Source of the DNA: Anthoceros angustus
Taxonomy: Eukaryota; Plantae; Anthocerotophyta
Direction of reading: 5' to 3'
DNA: 64,000 bases
Assembly: GCA_010909165.1 (NCBI GenBank)
Contig: VJWM01000178.1
Coordinates: forward strand, 372,001-436,000
Part shown: piece after piece, positions 25,561 to 41,205 of the stretch
Position numbering within the stretch: position 1 is the first letter of the stretch
Layout of the letters: each line of letters opens with the position of its first letter
The notes under the pieces: model-generated
The model's database searches: none
The model's input: the letters and a program-made list of their open reading frames with translations, nothing else
Told to the model about the DNA's origin: nothing
Translations under genes and position numbers: made by a program

Positions 25561-27682
25561 CAACTTCATGGCCCTCAGCACCACCTATTGTAAACATCAT
25601 GACGAGACATGGCTTCGTCTCTGCAGTGTGCGGGGTCGCCAGTTGTTAGTGCCCTACGGGGTTACTTCTCCATATCAAACACTACAAAAAAGTTAACCTC
25701 TGAGAATTGCCCAACACTCGTCCAGCATGACACCACCATGAAGGAACCGGCGAACGTGTTTGTGCATGATTCCACTTTGGCTAAGGAAGTAAACAAAACT
25801 AGTATGATTGGTTGCATCGAAATTACGTTGGTCACTTGTCAAGACTAGTTCGTTGTTGGACATTGAGTATGTATAGACTTTTGCAATCGTATTGGTTGTG
25901 CTTAACAATGTCGGGCCAAGGCTTGAACGTGTGTCTCTAACATATGTGTGACTCGTGTGTTAGTGTAGATGAGCCTATATATGCTTCATAATTCAGTGTA
26001 TAGAGATTTTTGTTTTGTATTTCTTGTGCTTGTTGGGCCAAGGCTTGAATGTTTGTTTCTATCTTGTGTGTCACTTGTCTGCTAATGTGGATGAAGGAGC
26101 CTGTACAGGTACAGATTTATGGAAGTTTGTACTTGGCTTGCTAGGGTGCATGAAGAAGCCTATACAGACTCGTTGAATTGAGGGTGTAGAAATATTTGGT
26201 TTGTACTTGTTATACTTGTAAGCTAAGGCTTGAATGTCTATCTGTCTCTAACATGTGTGTGACTTGGTTTGCGAGGGTGAAGGAAAGAAGGCAGGGGGAG
26301 CAATTTTTGGACAATTTGAATGTTATTTAATAAGTAAAAAAATATTAAACAAAATAAATAGACACAATACGGACATATAAATCCATGTTGTAGCCATTGC
26401 CGCATTTGAGTGTGAAGCACGGAGTAGAAGCTAGGGTTCACTTTCAAATAGAAGTAGCATATGTGTGATTTGGAATCATAGATAACATTAAAGATGAAGG
26501 TGATGATAATAATTGGGTGGTACAACTTTATAGTTTAGTAGAAAACATAGAAAGTAATAACGGAGGAGAAACATGAGTTTTGAGAGAATGTCAAGATGTC
26601 GGAAGAGTGACACATGAAGAAGAAGAAGAAGAATTTTATTTAAGTCTACTAAGGACGGATTTCCGTGATGGGACTTGGTACTTAACAACTTGTACCATGG
26701 TGTGCCTAAGCTACTTGAACCAAGGGCATCCACTGCCTTTAAGCACCCCATCTAAGCACCGATCTACAGGATGCTTAATCACGACGTTCTTATAAATGTG
26801 TGTCCATTTGGCCTAAGGCATTTTGGAGCTTTTGTTCTTTCAATTCGTATCAAAGATACCATGATATCATGATACGAATTGAAACTGAACATAAAAGAAT
26901 ACCTTACACATGAAACATGTGCCAAACCTAAGTCAACAAGGAAGGTCTTTTTTTTCTTGTAAATCGTGTGCACTTGAAGCCATTGTTCCGGTATTTCGAA
27001 GGCGGTGAACCACCTGATGCATTTTTGAAGCAATTGTCAGGTGTCACTCTATGAAGTTTTGGACCATTTTCCAAGCGTTAAACCTGAGAATGTGATTGCA
27101 ACTCTTTGGGTTAGCAAGGAAATGCTGAAAGCTTATGCGAAGGGTAAGCAGTTCGTGCAGCTGTCTGCCGCTTTAGAAGGTGGTCTAATGTGGTGAGCCA
27201 AGATGAGGCTCTTCTTCTCTCTTGTTACAAACACGGCAAGCGCTGATGTCGGAGCCTTTGCTGGGTTTACCCAACTTTCATAAGTTGAATTGGTGTTATA
27301 CATCATAGGTGGCCTACTCTGTTAGTTCGTCTGTCGCAGCGATCCGATTCCGCATTGGTGAGGGAGGAGAAGACCGCATGACATCCAGCCAGTTCGATAA
27401 ATTTTACGATAGTTGTGATCTGGCTGATATATCTACGTACGTCTGGCTCAAACGAGCATATCACTGAGAAATCGTTGCACGTGTCATTGTACAGAACTCA
27501 AACATTCCCGAAAATCGTAGCTGAGAGAGTGCTGTTTGTAAGACAGCATTCACAAATCAATCCAGTAGCAAAAATATCTCACACTGTACAATTTAGGATC
27601 CCAGCTTGGGATGTGACGCTCAGACTTCACCACAATGTACAGGGCCAGTGCCGCTGTGGTGCTCGTCAAAAGCAGAAACAAT

Positions 27683-28530
27683 TCACTGCTTCTTGTCAAA
27701 GTTCTTCTGAACACTTTTGGCAAGGTTGTCAGCGTTCTCCCTCAAAGCTCCGGCGGCATCGTTCAGGGACTCCTTAGCCGCGTCCAAATTGTCTTGTACA
27801 CTCTCTCCGGCGTCTGAGAAAGCATCTTTCACTTGCTCCTGAGAATCATTGTCATAAGTTGTCAGCACTCCACTGCAGAAGCACTAGCCGAAATCAACTC
27901 ACCGCAAAGTCTCAAAGAAAAGCTCACCGCAAGGTTTTGAGCTTCGTTGGTCGCGCCTGAGGCCCTCTTGGAGGCGTCAGACTGTAAGCTTTTGGCTTTG
28001 CTATCGGCAGAACTGACATACTTATCGGCTTTCTTGGAAACGTCTTTAGCCGAACTCTGAACTTCGCCAGACTTGCCTTGAACGAAGTCGGAAGCCTGCT
28101 GAGCAAAGTCTTTCACCTGGTCGGAGGTGTTCTTCACGGCATCTTGAAGCTTCTCCACAACATTCTGCACAACAACAATGCATCAAATCACCAACCAATT
28201 TCCCCTCCTCAACACTGGAACCGCTCACATTGCCCCATACTCCACACATCATTGCCAGAACACGAAACTTCACCACAAGATATCGTGTGCAGTGAAAACT
28301 GCAACCATCACGGGCCTTACCGCAGGCTCCTCCTCTGCTCGGACACGGAATGAGTGGGAAATGGGAACAGCAGCAGGCCCTCGGGACACCACAAGTCTTT
28401 GGCCTACGAGAAGGCGGGACTGCGCGGAGGCCAAGGAAACGGAAGCTGTGGGCCTGACTTTCACCCTCTCCCCCAACCCGACCACTCCCGCAGCAGCCAA
28501 TGTGCTTGCGCTCATTGCCATGGATGCCAT
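27683..28530 (-). CDS. Plastid-targeted LEA (group 3/LEA_4-like) hydrophilic protein, 3 exons
   Basis: Ser/Ala/Arg-rich transit peptide ending FRVRA, then A/K/D/Q/S-rich amphipathic repeats (VKDFAQQASDFVQGKSGEVQSSAKDVSKKA; VQDNLDAAKESLNDAAG). Exons approx. 28530-28321, 28165-27928 and 27839-27683. Confidence 0.75.
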
Positions 28531-28643
28531 TTCCTTCGAGACAGAGACTGTTGAGCAGGAGACGAATTGAGTCGAACTGATCACTGATGTCGCTGTGATG
28601 TGAGACGAGGCAAATCGATGAAGTTCACTGGAATAGGAGCAGG

Positions 28644-28713
28644 TTTTATACGCGCTCCTCGCATTTTCCCGCTTGAAGAACTCGCTAATATTCATGCAAA
28701 CGCGACGCGTGTC
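28644..28713 (-). promoter_or_regulatory. TATA box and CE3-like ABA coupling element upstream of the LEA-like gene
   Basis: TATAAAA on the minus strand at ~28643-28649 and ACGCGTGTC at 28705-28713. Confidence 0.5.
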
Positions 28714-29452
28714 TAAGGGCCTCCTGGACGTCGACAAGTGGAGCGTGAATCCAGTCCAGGTGTCCACTCTCTGAGAGGCGCGCTTCACGCCCCAGTGCCC
28801 CAGTCGTGATGTGGAGCACTCTGATTCATCACCGTCGCTTGAGAGCTCAGCCGAACGCTGGAATCTACCTCGCGGCCATGGGAAATCGCTGAAGCTCGAG
28901 AGCAGGAAATTTTGCTATCTGGATCCAGATGGTGCCGGAATTTCTACTGTGTGATTGGTACGCACGCTTTCGCAACCGTTACCTGCCGCGCTCTGTTGAA
29001 ACCGTCCCCAAGTCCTTGTGAGAAGGGGGACACATGTTGCAATCAAATTGCCGATGCCTGGACACTTGCTTAGCTTGCCGCTGGATTAGACACGAGTTCA
29101 CAAAGAGTTTGAGCCTTTGAAGCAAGGTGTCCTCTCCGCTGACTGTTTTAAGCGGCTGTTCAGCTCCTGTGATCGATGTTAAGGATCCACAGGTCTGCAA
29201 GGCGAGTCGTTCCCTTTACTCCAGATCCAGCTCAGGAACAAGGCAGCAACGCTGGCACTCTGCGCCCGGAGAGGCGGCTGCGGTAGATTGTGGAGAGCGA
29301 TCGGCTCTGCTGTGACCGGCGTCGCTGCTGGCGGGAGCTCTGTCAGAGAATTGGAGCACGCAGGGGGGAAGGCAGGAATTCGAAGATTTGAGCACACCTC
29401 GCGCACCATTTCTGTACTCAACGCGGAAGTGGAAATTGTCCGTGGGCCAGAG

Positions 29453-33043
<3,591 letters not shown>

Positions 33044-33783
33044 TGGGGAAGTGTAACCGCAACATAACACCTAACACAGAACGATATAAAATGCTAAAAT
33101 ACACCCTACCTATTTGTTGTGATATTGTATCCCAAACTGTGAAAAGGATATGGTGGTTGTTCCAGAGCACATGATCCTCTGATTGCAAGCCATGATCCGC
33201 TGTCTGGTTGTCCATTGTCCTCTCTCCGCTGCCAATCAGCATGCCTCGTCGTGCTTGCCGCCCCATGTTCAAGTTTGACGCCTGTGTCGATAGTAAGAAG
33301 CTGGTGGTGCGGTCTCTGCTAAGTGCCGTGTCATCAAATAGTGCAGAGACATCATTTTTGCGTCCCCAAATTTGCTGTCCACCTGGTGTGTTTGTCATCA
33401 GCAACTTTCAATCAACAAGTTTGCGCATGCCCAGCCGCTGTAAACTTTGTAAGATGGATGCCGATTTGGCTTATCCAAACACGCTAACGTACACCCGTGA
33501 AGAGCTCGTCAGCTCGACACCTGACAGCCGTGAATATCATACTCCCAACTGCCAACTTCCCTTTGTCAGAATAGTCGGCAGTTGGACGGAGGCTTAGCTC
33601 TTTTGCGCTCCTTTTGAGGTGTGGCCGGCGGGATGTACAGAATGCGGATGCGTGTTGGAGGGCCTTTGAGCCTGTGCAAAGGGATAGATAGATGCGCAAG
33701 TTGCAAGGTGCAAGTTGCTTCACAACTTCACGGGGACAAGTGCAATTCACCTGATAGTGTGGCACTGACAGTGGTGTAGCAGC

Positions 33784-34447
33784 ATGGCGCTCCCCTCAGC
33801 AGAACGCATTGCTTGTCTCGCCTTGACTATAGTCATCTACACCAGTCTTCTTACCGCTGGCATGTCCAAGAGAACGGGTGGGAAAAGGCAAGCACCTCGC
33901 TCAGCCTGGGATTTGGAAGGCCAAGAGTTTGTGAGAGCGCACAATGCAGCCCGAATGGAAGTTGGGCAGACCTTGTCGTCCATGACGTGGAACCTGACGC
34001 TCAAGGAGTTCGCTCTGTCCTGGGCACAAAACCAAGCCTGGAATGAAGGGTGCGCGCTTGAACACTCCGACGGGCCTTACGGAGAGAACATTTTCTGGGC
34101 CAGCTGGAACAGCTCGCCTGGCGACGCCGTAGGAGACTGGGTTGCCGAGAAGCAGTACTACGACTACAACTCCAACACCTGTTCGGCACCTGATCAGGAG
34201 TGTGGCCACTACACTCAGGTGCGCTGCTGGATTTCCTGTGAATTCCCATCGTACATGTCTGGGACCCTTGCAATTAGAGCGCTCCAGCTAACACGTCCAC
34301 ACATCACACATTCTCCTTGCGCAGGTTGTGTGGAGAGATTCCGTCCGTGTCGGATGCGCTTCAGTTGCCTGCCCTGGCGATGGTGGGGCTTTCACTGTCT
34401 GTAGCTATGATCCCCCGGGAAATTGGGTTGGTGTGCGGCCCTACTAG
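33784..34447 (+). CDS. PR1: Pathogenesis-related protein 1 (CAP superfamily), 2 exons
   Basis: Signal peptide, [27 protein letters not shown]|[27 protein letters not shown]. Intron 34219-34324. Confidence 0.93.
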
Positions 34448-34499
34448 CAATTCCCACTCTTGTAAACAAATCAAACTTCTGAGAGAATCTAGTCCACCT

Positions 34500-35410
34500 T
34501 CTTGCAATGTTGTTTTCCAGGAAACAACATTACCGATGTAGCAATAAAGAAAGGTTGGATTTCTGCGTTTGGATTAGGAAGCTTGGGAAAGAACATAATC
34601 TTTCTGATCCACGGACCAGTTTTTGCTATGATCCCACGGACCACGAAGTGAAAGACATGGCACAAATCCAAAAGTCATGCCCATACAGAAACCTGGAAAA
34701 GGTGAGAATGCCTTGTTTGCAGGGACTTCGCCACCCATCCCAGTTTGAGGTTATGGTGAGCGTGCAGGGGGGAAGAGGCAGGCCACACAAGCCTGGGTTC
34801 CCTGCAAAAGTTCTTGCGCTAACGGATCCTTGGAACTGGTTCGTGCTGGGGATACGCCGTGTCAGGTTATTGTTCGACACGTTGAAGACAGACAGCTTGT
34901 AGAGATTTGCTAACCTCTGTGGCAGGGACCCGGAAAACTTTGGATAAATCCAAAGTCTCGAGGACGCTCAGGTTTCCAAGGCCGAGAGGGATCTGCTTCT
35001 CAAGATAATATTGTTGCTTGACAGATTGAGGTACTGAAGACTCACCAAGGCTCCTATGCATGTCAAGCATGTGCTGAGATTGAGATAGTTCTGCTCAAGT
35101 TAGCGGCACTGTTCTGTCGCTGATCATGAAATCCCTGTCGAGCGGCTACATACATCAGCAGGTATTTCCCCTGAGAACAAATTGCTGGAGAGGGCCAGGG
35201 CGTGCAGCTGACTCAGTGTGGTGATCCAGTCCGGAACAGGCCCTGAGAAACGGTTGTTGAATAGGGCAAGCACCCGGAGAGTATTCAAATTAGGAACTTG
35301 GGATGCTACCAGAGACAGGAGGCTGTCAAACACTGAAAGCGCTACAAGCCGTGGACTACATAGGCTGTCGGAAATGCTTCCTGTCAGGGGATTACTGGAC
35401 AGATCAACAT
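34500..35410 (-). pseudogene. LRR receptor-like protein fragment (frameshifted)
   Basis: Plant-type LRRs in different frames: LRVLALFNNRFSGPVPDW, LALSSNLFSGEIP, IPLGLGNLSVLETLDLS, SNNNLTRRIPSTNQFQ..FAGNPGLCGLPL (LRR C-cap). Confidence 0.8.
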
Positions 35411-36172
35411 AGCATTCCCCAGAACAGGTGAGACAAAGTCAACAACACGGAAATATGCATGCAAAGAGTATGGCACCCTCCCGTTTAGCTGGTGTACGTG
35501 CTAAGATAAGAACTCCGCAGTGAAAGCAGCCTGCCGTCGGTTCAAGCCCCGGTTGAGGCACATTTGTTCCGTTCATATCGTCCCATTGCTGGGGCGCGCC
35601 GACCTCCCTCGTGTGTGGTTCACCTGACAAACCTGGTTGTGAGACAGGACGAGAATCAAGGCACTTGTGCGGGGCAGCCACCTTCAAGCCATAGCCGGTG
35701 AGGAAGGGGTACCGGTCAGACACGCCCTGGCCTCCCACATTCTGCGAATGTATGCGTCCCATGGCAGCCATGGCATTTTGCAAGACGTGGTGGATGTGCT
35801 TCAAGCTGTGGGCAGGCTGATATCTATCAGCCTTTGCGCGGTCGACCATCGTTTCTGCTTCCCGTGACATGTATGCCAAGTATGGCAGCGTTGAGGACTC
35901 AGAGGGATCTGTGACCAGGTAAGCCACAAAGTATGTAATGATATATGTACAGAAAACGTCTAAAGTATGTAATGCTCTTACTCTAGGTCGCCTGTAAGTG
36001 CCCCCATTCACACTCACTTGAAACGAGTAACGCGTGACTTCCCTGGGGGCCTCGTCTGGCACATTTGCATTGCAACGACAGCACTATTCGGTGCTGCCGT
36101 TTTTTCGCCTGGCGACCTTTCTGCTTTTCAAGAACGGCTTCTGCAAGCATCAGCTTCACGCTCCGGCGCGTC

Positions 36173-36738
36173 ATGGCGATCCTGTCTGCTCTTCAACTCG
36201 CTTTGGTTCTGTTCTTCTCAGCCTCGCTTGTCAGTGCCGGCAGTAGTGCATCCGATTGCACTTCTGATGTCGTCGACCTTGTAAGATCCATATCAACTGA
36301 CCGAGATCCGCCGATTTGCGTTTGAGAAATTCGGCTTCGATTTTTTCAAAACTCACGATAAGAAATCGAGACCAATCCCCGTGGTTCTTCGGAAACCCGA
36401 TGTGCTGCTCTTCACCTGAATTTTCATACCTGCCGAACGCATCGTATTGCGTCGATTTAAATGAAGATCCTGAATTTTGCGGAGCTTGCAACATCCGCTG
36501 CAGCCAGTACGAGCTGTGCTGTGAGGGCTTATGCACCAACGTATATCAAGATGTGTCCAACTGCGGCCTTTGTGGCTACACTTGTCCGGTGGGATACCAG
36601 TGCATTCCTCTCCATTACAACTCGAATAACAACACGTATAGCGCTCGCCCGGGGACTTCGAATGACAACGACGACGCCGGATTTCCTGATTGCGTGTCTC
36701 CGGAAGGCATAGCACAGTTTGACGATTCTACGGCCTGA
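36173..36738 (+). pseudogene. STIG1-like secreted Cys-rich protein, copy 1; intron acceptor lost
   Basis: Exon 1 MAILSALQLALVLFFSASLVSA...VVDL|GTAAG and exon 2 CVDLNEDPEFCGACNIRC..CCEGLC..DVSNCGLCG. The acceptor and LQCGG codons seen in copy 2 are missing, and no in-frame AG was found. Confidence 0.7.
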
Positions 36739-38044
36739 TCTTCTCTTTCCAGGGATACTGATACGTTGAAGTCGTCAATCAGGCCTATGACCACTGCAGT
36801 ACTTCTTAGCAGCGGCTAGGGACGTCCCTGCAACATTGATCTGTGACCACGAATGGTGCATTCTCTCTGAAACGAGCATTGTGATGGTCATTCCAGTGCC
36901 TTGAATCATTCCAGATGGATCTGGCCTGGCAATGTTTCAATAATCTTTTCACTGTCTCTTGGTCACTTCGAGTTCAGGCCTTCAAGACCAGATCACATTC
37001 CTCCAAGTTTGATCATGCCAACTGTACTTAGAACTACTACTTAGCTGGTTCATCTGGTTGTCTGTAGGGTTGTCCAGCTTTTAAATAATCGAGGTGTTCA
37101 TAGCGCTCCAGGTGCCATGCTGGCATGCTGGATTTGCATACGGAAGCGTGACAGTTCTCTCCGATCGCGAAAGTGGGACAGCTTGAGATACATCACATCC
37201 AGCTCAAAAAGCTCGTACTCAAGTTGTCATTGTCGGAGTCTACTGTTCAGCTTTACTTTCAATCTCCGCATTGGCGATCTCTGCTCTTCACCCTGTCATA
37301 AATGATGTTGTTTCAGAAGCTTCAGATCAACCAGGTAAGTAGCTGAAAAGAACAGAATCAAGGCGAACTCAGGAGCAGAGGTGATCGCTTGCGTCAATTT
37401 CGCCTGCCACCTTTCTGTTTTAAGAACGGTTCTGCAAGGTTCAGCTTCACGCTCCAGCGCCGTCATGGCGATCACCTTGGCCTTAAGCTGGCCTTGATTC
37501 TGTTAACAGAACGTAGCTGAAGAGAACGTTCGTTTTAGCAACTTAGCTGGTTAATCTGAAGCTTCTGCTTTTCAAGAACGTTACACAACCTCATGTAACG
37601 ACATTTGCCTTGCCATTGGGCCTTGGTTTTCCTATCATCAAAAGAATCAGGAGTGTTGAGAGGGAAGCCACTAAAGGAATGGTTCTCATGTCCTTGTAAA
37701 GGAAGGTAGTTCAAAGGTGTTTGATCCCCTTGGCCCCCCATAAAACATTCGCAACAATTGCTGAATCTGCATGTGCACATCTTCATTATCCAACATCTCC
37801 CAACTCTTGCACGAACACCTTCCTCAAAAGTCACCTGCCTCGAAAGTTCTCTTGTCACAATATCCTTATATCGGTTCCAGTCCCCACCACTACATACAAT
37901 TTGGCTTGCGTGAATGTGGGAGGTACTTCCCTTCGAAGTCTTTACGATTCCATGAACTGCCAGTGGTTACACTGTCTGCTCTGGGGTAAGAAACCAGGCT
38001 GAGAGATAATGACTGTCACACCGGTGACCCATCGAGGTCTTCAT

Positions 38045-38295
38045 TCCTTGACATAAGCGTAAGAGTGCACTAGTGGGCCATGGGGACGACGAAGGCAATG
38101 ACCTAGAGGCCACCAACAACTGTTGTCAACTGTCCCCGCTTTTCGGCTGTTTCTACGTTGGTTTTCAAGTTGGATTCCCTCTTGTTGTCCTGGAAGGTTG
38201 GGCCTCCGGAGTCTGGCAAACCGTCAATCACTGCCACCAGACGTTTGGAAGTACTGTATAGGGACTTCTCGTCAGTATGTAGCAAGCACTGCATA
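38045..38295 (-). pseudogene. Duplicated, decayed last exon of TLP18.3
   Basis: LYSTSKRLVAVIDGLPDSGGPTFQDNKRESNLKT...VVGGL* has a premature stop and a deletion relative to 48824-49068. Confidence 0.85.
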
Positions 38296-38899
38296 ATGAC
38301 AAGAAAATGAGGGAGGCACAAGAGACTTGTAACGTCGTCGGTGCAGACACAGTGCTAACTGAGAGCGGATGGCTCCGCAGCAAGCTTAAGAGGAGTTGTA
38401 TTTGGAACCTGCAAACTGTCAGCAACTATAAAATGCAGAAGGGAACTGCATTCACAGAAGGAGTTGTGAATGCCAGCCTGGGTCAAAAGCATGAAGCAGT
38501 TCTGCAAATCTGCTGTTGCAGGTTGCTTCATCCCTTGGGTTTGGTGAACGCATGTGAGCATTCACTATTGCTTAGATGCATATATGCAGAACACGTTTGA
38601 AGTGCCATTTTTGCAGGTTCGTTATTTTGGATCGCTGGACAACCACCACAACAAGGCTTGGCTGCAGGGAAGGCTATGGAGGGCCTGCAGGTACAATTGC
38701 AAGGCCAGATACAATCAGGATGTTGGACGCCCCATTGTTTCCTTTTCAACTGCACGGTCCTGAGAGGCAGTGAAGAGGGAGGTGGGCTTGGGAGGAGCTT
38801 CACATCACCGATTTTCAGCGAAGCAGCTACTTCCAGCCGCGCCATATGGCAAACCAAAATGACTCCAAGCAGGTTCAGCAGGTCTGTCAAAGGATTCAC

Positions 38900-39255
38900 G
38901 TGGGTGAGAAGGGCATGCGATGCAGCGGTGTGCCCAAGTGATGCCCATCGTGGATCTTCTTGGACGGTCATGTGATGAGGCAGAGTATTTTTCGCATACC
39001 ATGTCGTTTGAGAAGGATATCTCAGCGTGGAAAGCTTTGTTGAGTGCATGCAAGAGCTAAGGCGAAGTCGCGCATGGAAGGCCGTGCATTGACGGCCACT
39101 AACAGCTGGAACCTGACAAAGCAAGTTCGTATGTGCTGTTGGGGAGCATGTATGCAAATGCAGGCAGGATAGGATTGAATAGGATTGAAAGCTTGAGGAA
39201 GTCAGCAGGTGCTTTGAAAAAAGCTGCTAAGGCCACCCACCATTGAAGTAAGGAA
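38900..39255 (+). pseudogene. PPR S2/E1/E2 remnant ending in a KP-box-like motif
   Basis: IVDLLGRS..EAEYF..M.FEKDISAWKALLSACKS*, SYVLLGSMYANAG, LRKSAGALKKAAKA(T)..IEV. Confidence 0.75.
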
Positions 39256-39264
39256 CACACCCGG

Positions 39265-39390
39265 CAGTCCCGAATGCTGGTGCACAGTAAACTACACCAG
39301 TTCCAGCACCATCGGGAAAATAATCATCAGCCACAACCTCAAAGGCTACGTCTGACAAATGCGAGAAGTACTCAAACATTGGCTTGTACC
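39265..39390 (-). pseudogene. Isolated isoleucyl-tRNA synthetase exon fragment (editing-domain region)
   Basis: YKPMFEYFSHLSDVAFEVVADDYFPDGAGTGVVYCAPAFG resembles the IleRS GTGxVHxAPAFG motif. It is preceded by a TAG acceptor. Confidence 0.75.
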
Positions 39391-39526
39391 TACACCAAAC
39401 CACCAGATTTTGGCACAATAGCTACAATGCATACTAGAGTAGCCTCAGCTGCGCCACAGCCAGCGACAGCTCCTTCGCGTAGGAGGTTGTTCGTTATCTT
39501 CGTTGCGCACTCATTGCGCCTCAAAA

Positions 39527-39643
39527 TTAGCTGCCACCTTCGTACTTGGGATCCGCCACCACATAGTGATAGAAAACCACCAACACAAAGATGGTAATCC
39601 CCAAGAAGTTGGCCAAAAAACCTAGATCCTGGTCGTCAATCAT
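39527..39643 (-). CDS. OST4: Oligosaccharyltransferase subunit OST4 (38 aa)
   Basis: [42 protein letters not shown] acceptor lies directly before the ATG (5'-UTR intron, donor ~39813). Confidence 0.95.
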   Translation of the reverse strand: MIDDQDLGFLANFLGITIFVLVVFYHYVVADPKYEGGS

Positions 39644-40668
39644 CTGCGTATGGCCAACCGATCGACAATCAGCACAAACATCCATACAACCGAACACCAG
39701 GGCCTTCGCACTCTCAATAACATCGAAAACATCGACACCAGGCCCCCATGGACCCGCTAGACCACGGCCAAGGAGCACTGCAAAGCAATATCAAACAAGC
39801 GGTGCAGATCCTAACCTTGCCGATAGAACCCTTGCCCTCTTGAGACTGTCTGCAGAGGTCGGGAAAGAACCGGCGATATTTCGCCACAACAACCAAACGG
39901 AACCCTACTGGTGCCCTAACCTACATCAGGCCAGGGATAGGGGCATCCTGGAGTCGCTTGAAGTCTACGTATAGCATTTACTCGTAACTTGAGTCATAAG
40001 TTAGAAATATCAACTGAAGAGGTGAAAATTGAACACTAGAAGTTGAGACGAACTCCAATGCATCTGGCTTGGCTTGTGACCAGCATTTGCCGTTCAGCTG
40101 ATCAGCTATCCCCTGCGGGAGGATCGAAAGCGGCTGTCCATGTGTGGTGACAGCGCAATCTGTCCATTTCGTGCATTCTAGCAATTGAAACTTGCCATGG
40201 AGGAAGTCCCCGAGGGGAAGAACTACAGTTTCCTTAAGAGAAGGAGACAATTTTCGAACTGTGGGAGTCATTGGACGCGTTCCACACCCAGCTCAAGCGC
40301 AGTGAAGGCAAGCCGGATTATATTTTCCTCATTACGGCCATATTCTAGCCGGCACCATTAAAGACATTGTGACGAGGTACAAGTCAGCCCGAGGGTTTCA
40401 TGTCACAGACGGTTTGGGTGGGATTGCCATGGCCTGCCTGTCGAGTACGAGATTGATCAGAAGCTGGGAATTAAATCTAAGGAGCAGGTGCGGGATTCAA
40501 ATTCAGATGGATTTCGCTCGAGTGGCAGACGACTTGCATTGCTGACATTGCCCTTGCTTTTGAACAGGTGGCCATCTGTGCGTAAACCCTAAACCGGGGC
40601 ATAACTTGGCCATCCGTGCCTAAACCTAAACCGGAAGACCGAAAGGTGGGGGGGATGGATGACGATCG

Positions 40669-41205
40669 AATTCTATAGGCCATCTTTCTCTCCCGAATAT
40701 TAAATTCTGTAGGCCATGTCTCCGGGAGAATATTGAATTCTGTAGGCCATCTTTCTGGGAGAATATTGAATTCTGTAGGCCATGTTTCCGGGAGAACATT
40801 GACTTCTGTAGGCCATGTTTTCGGGAGAGACGAAGGAATGTATATGGAATTGTGTAGGATGCAATGTTGAGTAGATATCCAAAAAGAGCAAACGGTTCCC
40901 ATCTAAGATCTGCTCAGGTAGATAGGCGCCCAAAGGCGGGTTACTGTCGGGGTGTGGAAGATGCGGGTTACTGTTAGGGTGTGGTAGATGTCGAAGATGT
41001 AAAAGATTGCGTTCTGCGTCGACGACTCATGACGTAAAAGTGATAAGGGTCGAACTCGCATCGAAGGCGCATGACGTTGACGAGGGTCGAACTCGTGTCA
41101 AACTGAATTTCATCGACGATGCATGACATCAAATTGATGAGGGTCGAACTCGCGTCGGCGGCGAATGACGTTGACGAGTTTGAATTGCGTCAAACTGAAT
41201 TTCAA
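40669..41205. repeat. Minisatellite cluster: ~5 x 33-bp unit (40669-40830), 2 x 27-bp (40937-40990), 2 x ~93-bp (41017-41205)
   Basis: AATTCTGTAGGCCATGTyTCCGGGAGAATATTG units and GGGTCGAACTCG-containing units. Probably the interior of a non-autonomous TE. Confidence 0.8.

Larger units (their letters stand above)
35905..38390. repeat. Segmental duplication copy A (paralogous to ~46740-49163)
   Basis: Colinear high identity covering STIG1, its 3' flank, the hairpin and the last exon of TLP18.3. Confidence 0.9.

Noticed and set aside
35439-36062. 207-aa minus-strand ORF and the 46417-46725 ORF as genes
   Set aside because: No recognisable family. Both lie at rearrangement junctions and are probably fragments or chance ORFs.
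40669-40830. 33-bp repeat array as a possible CRISPR
   Set aside because: The units are contiguous without unique spacers, there are no cas genes and the context is eukaryotic.
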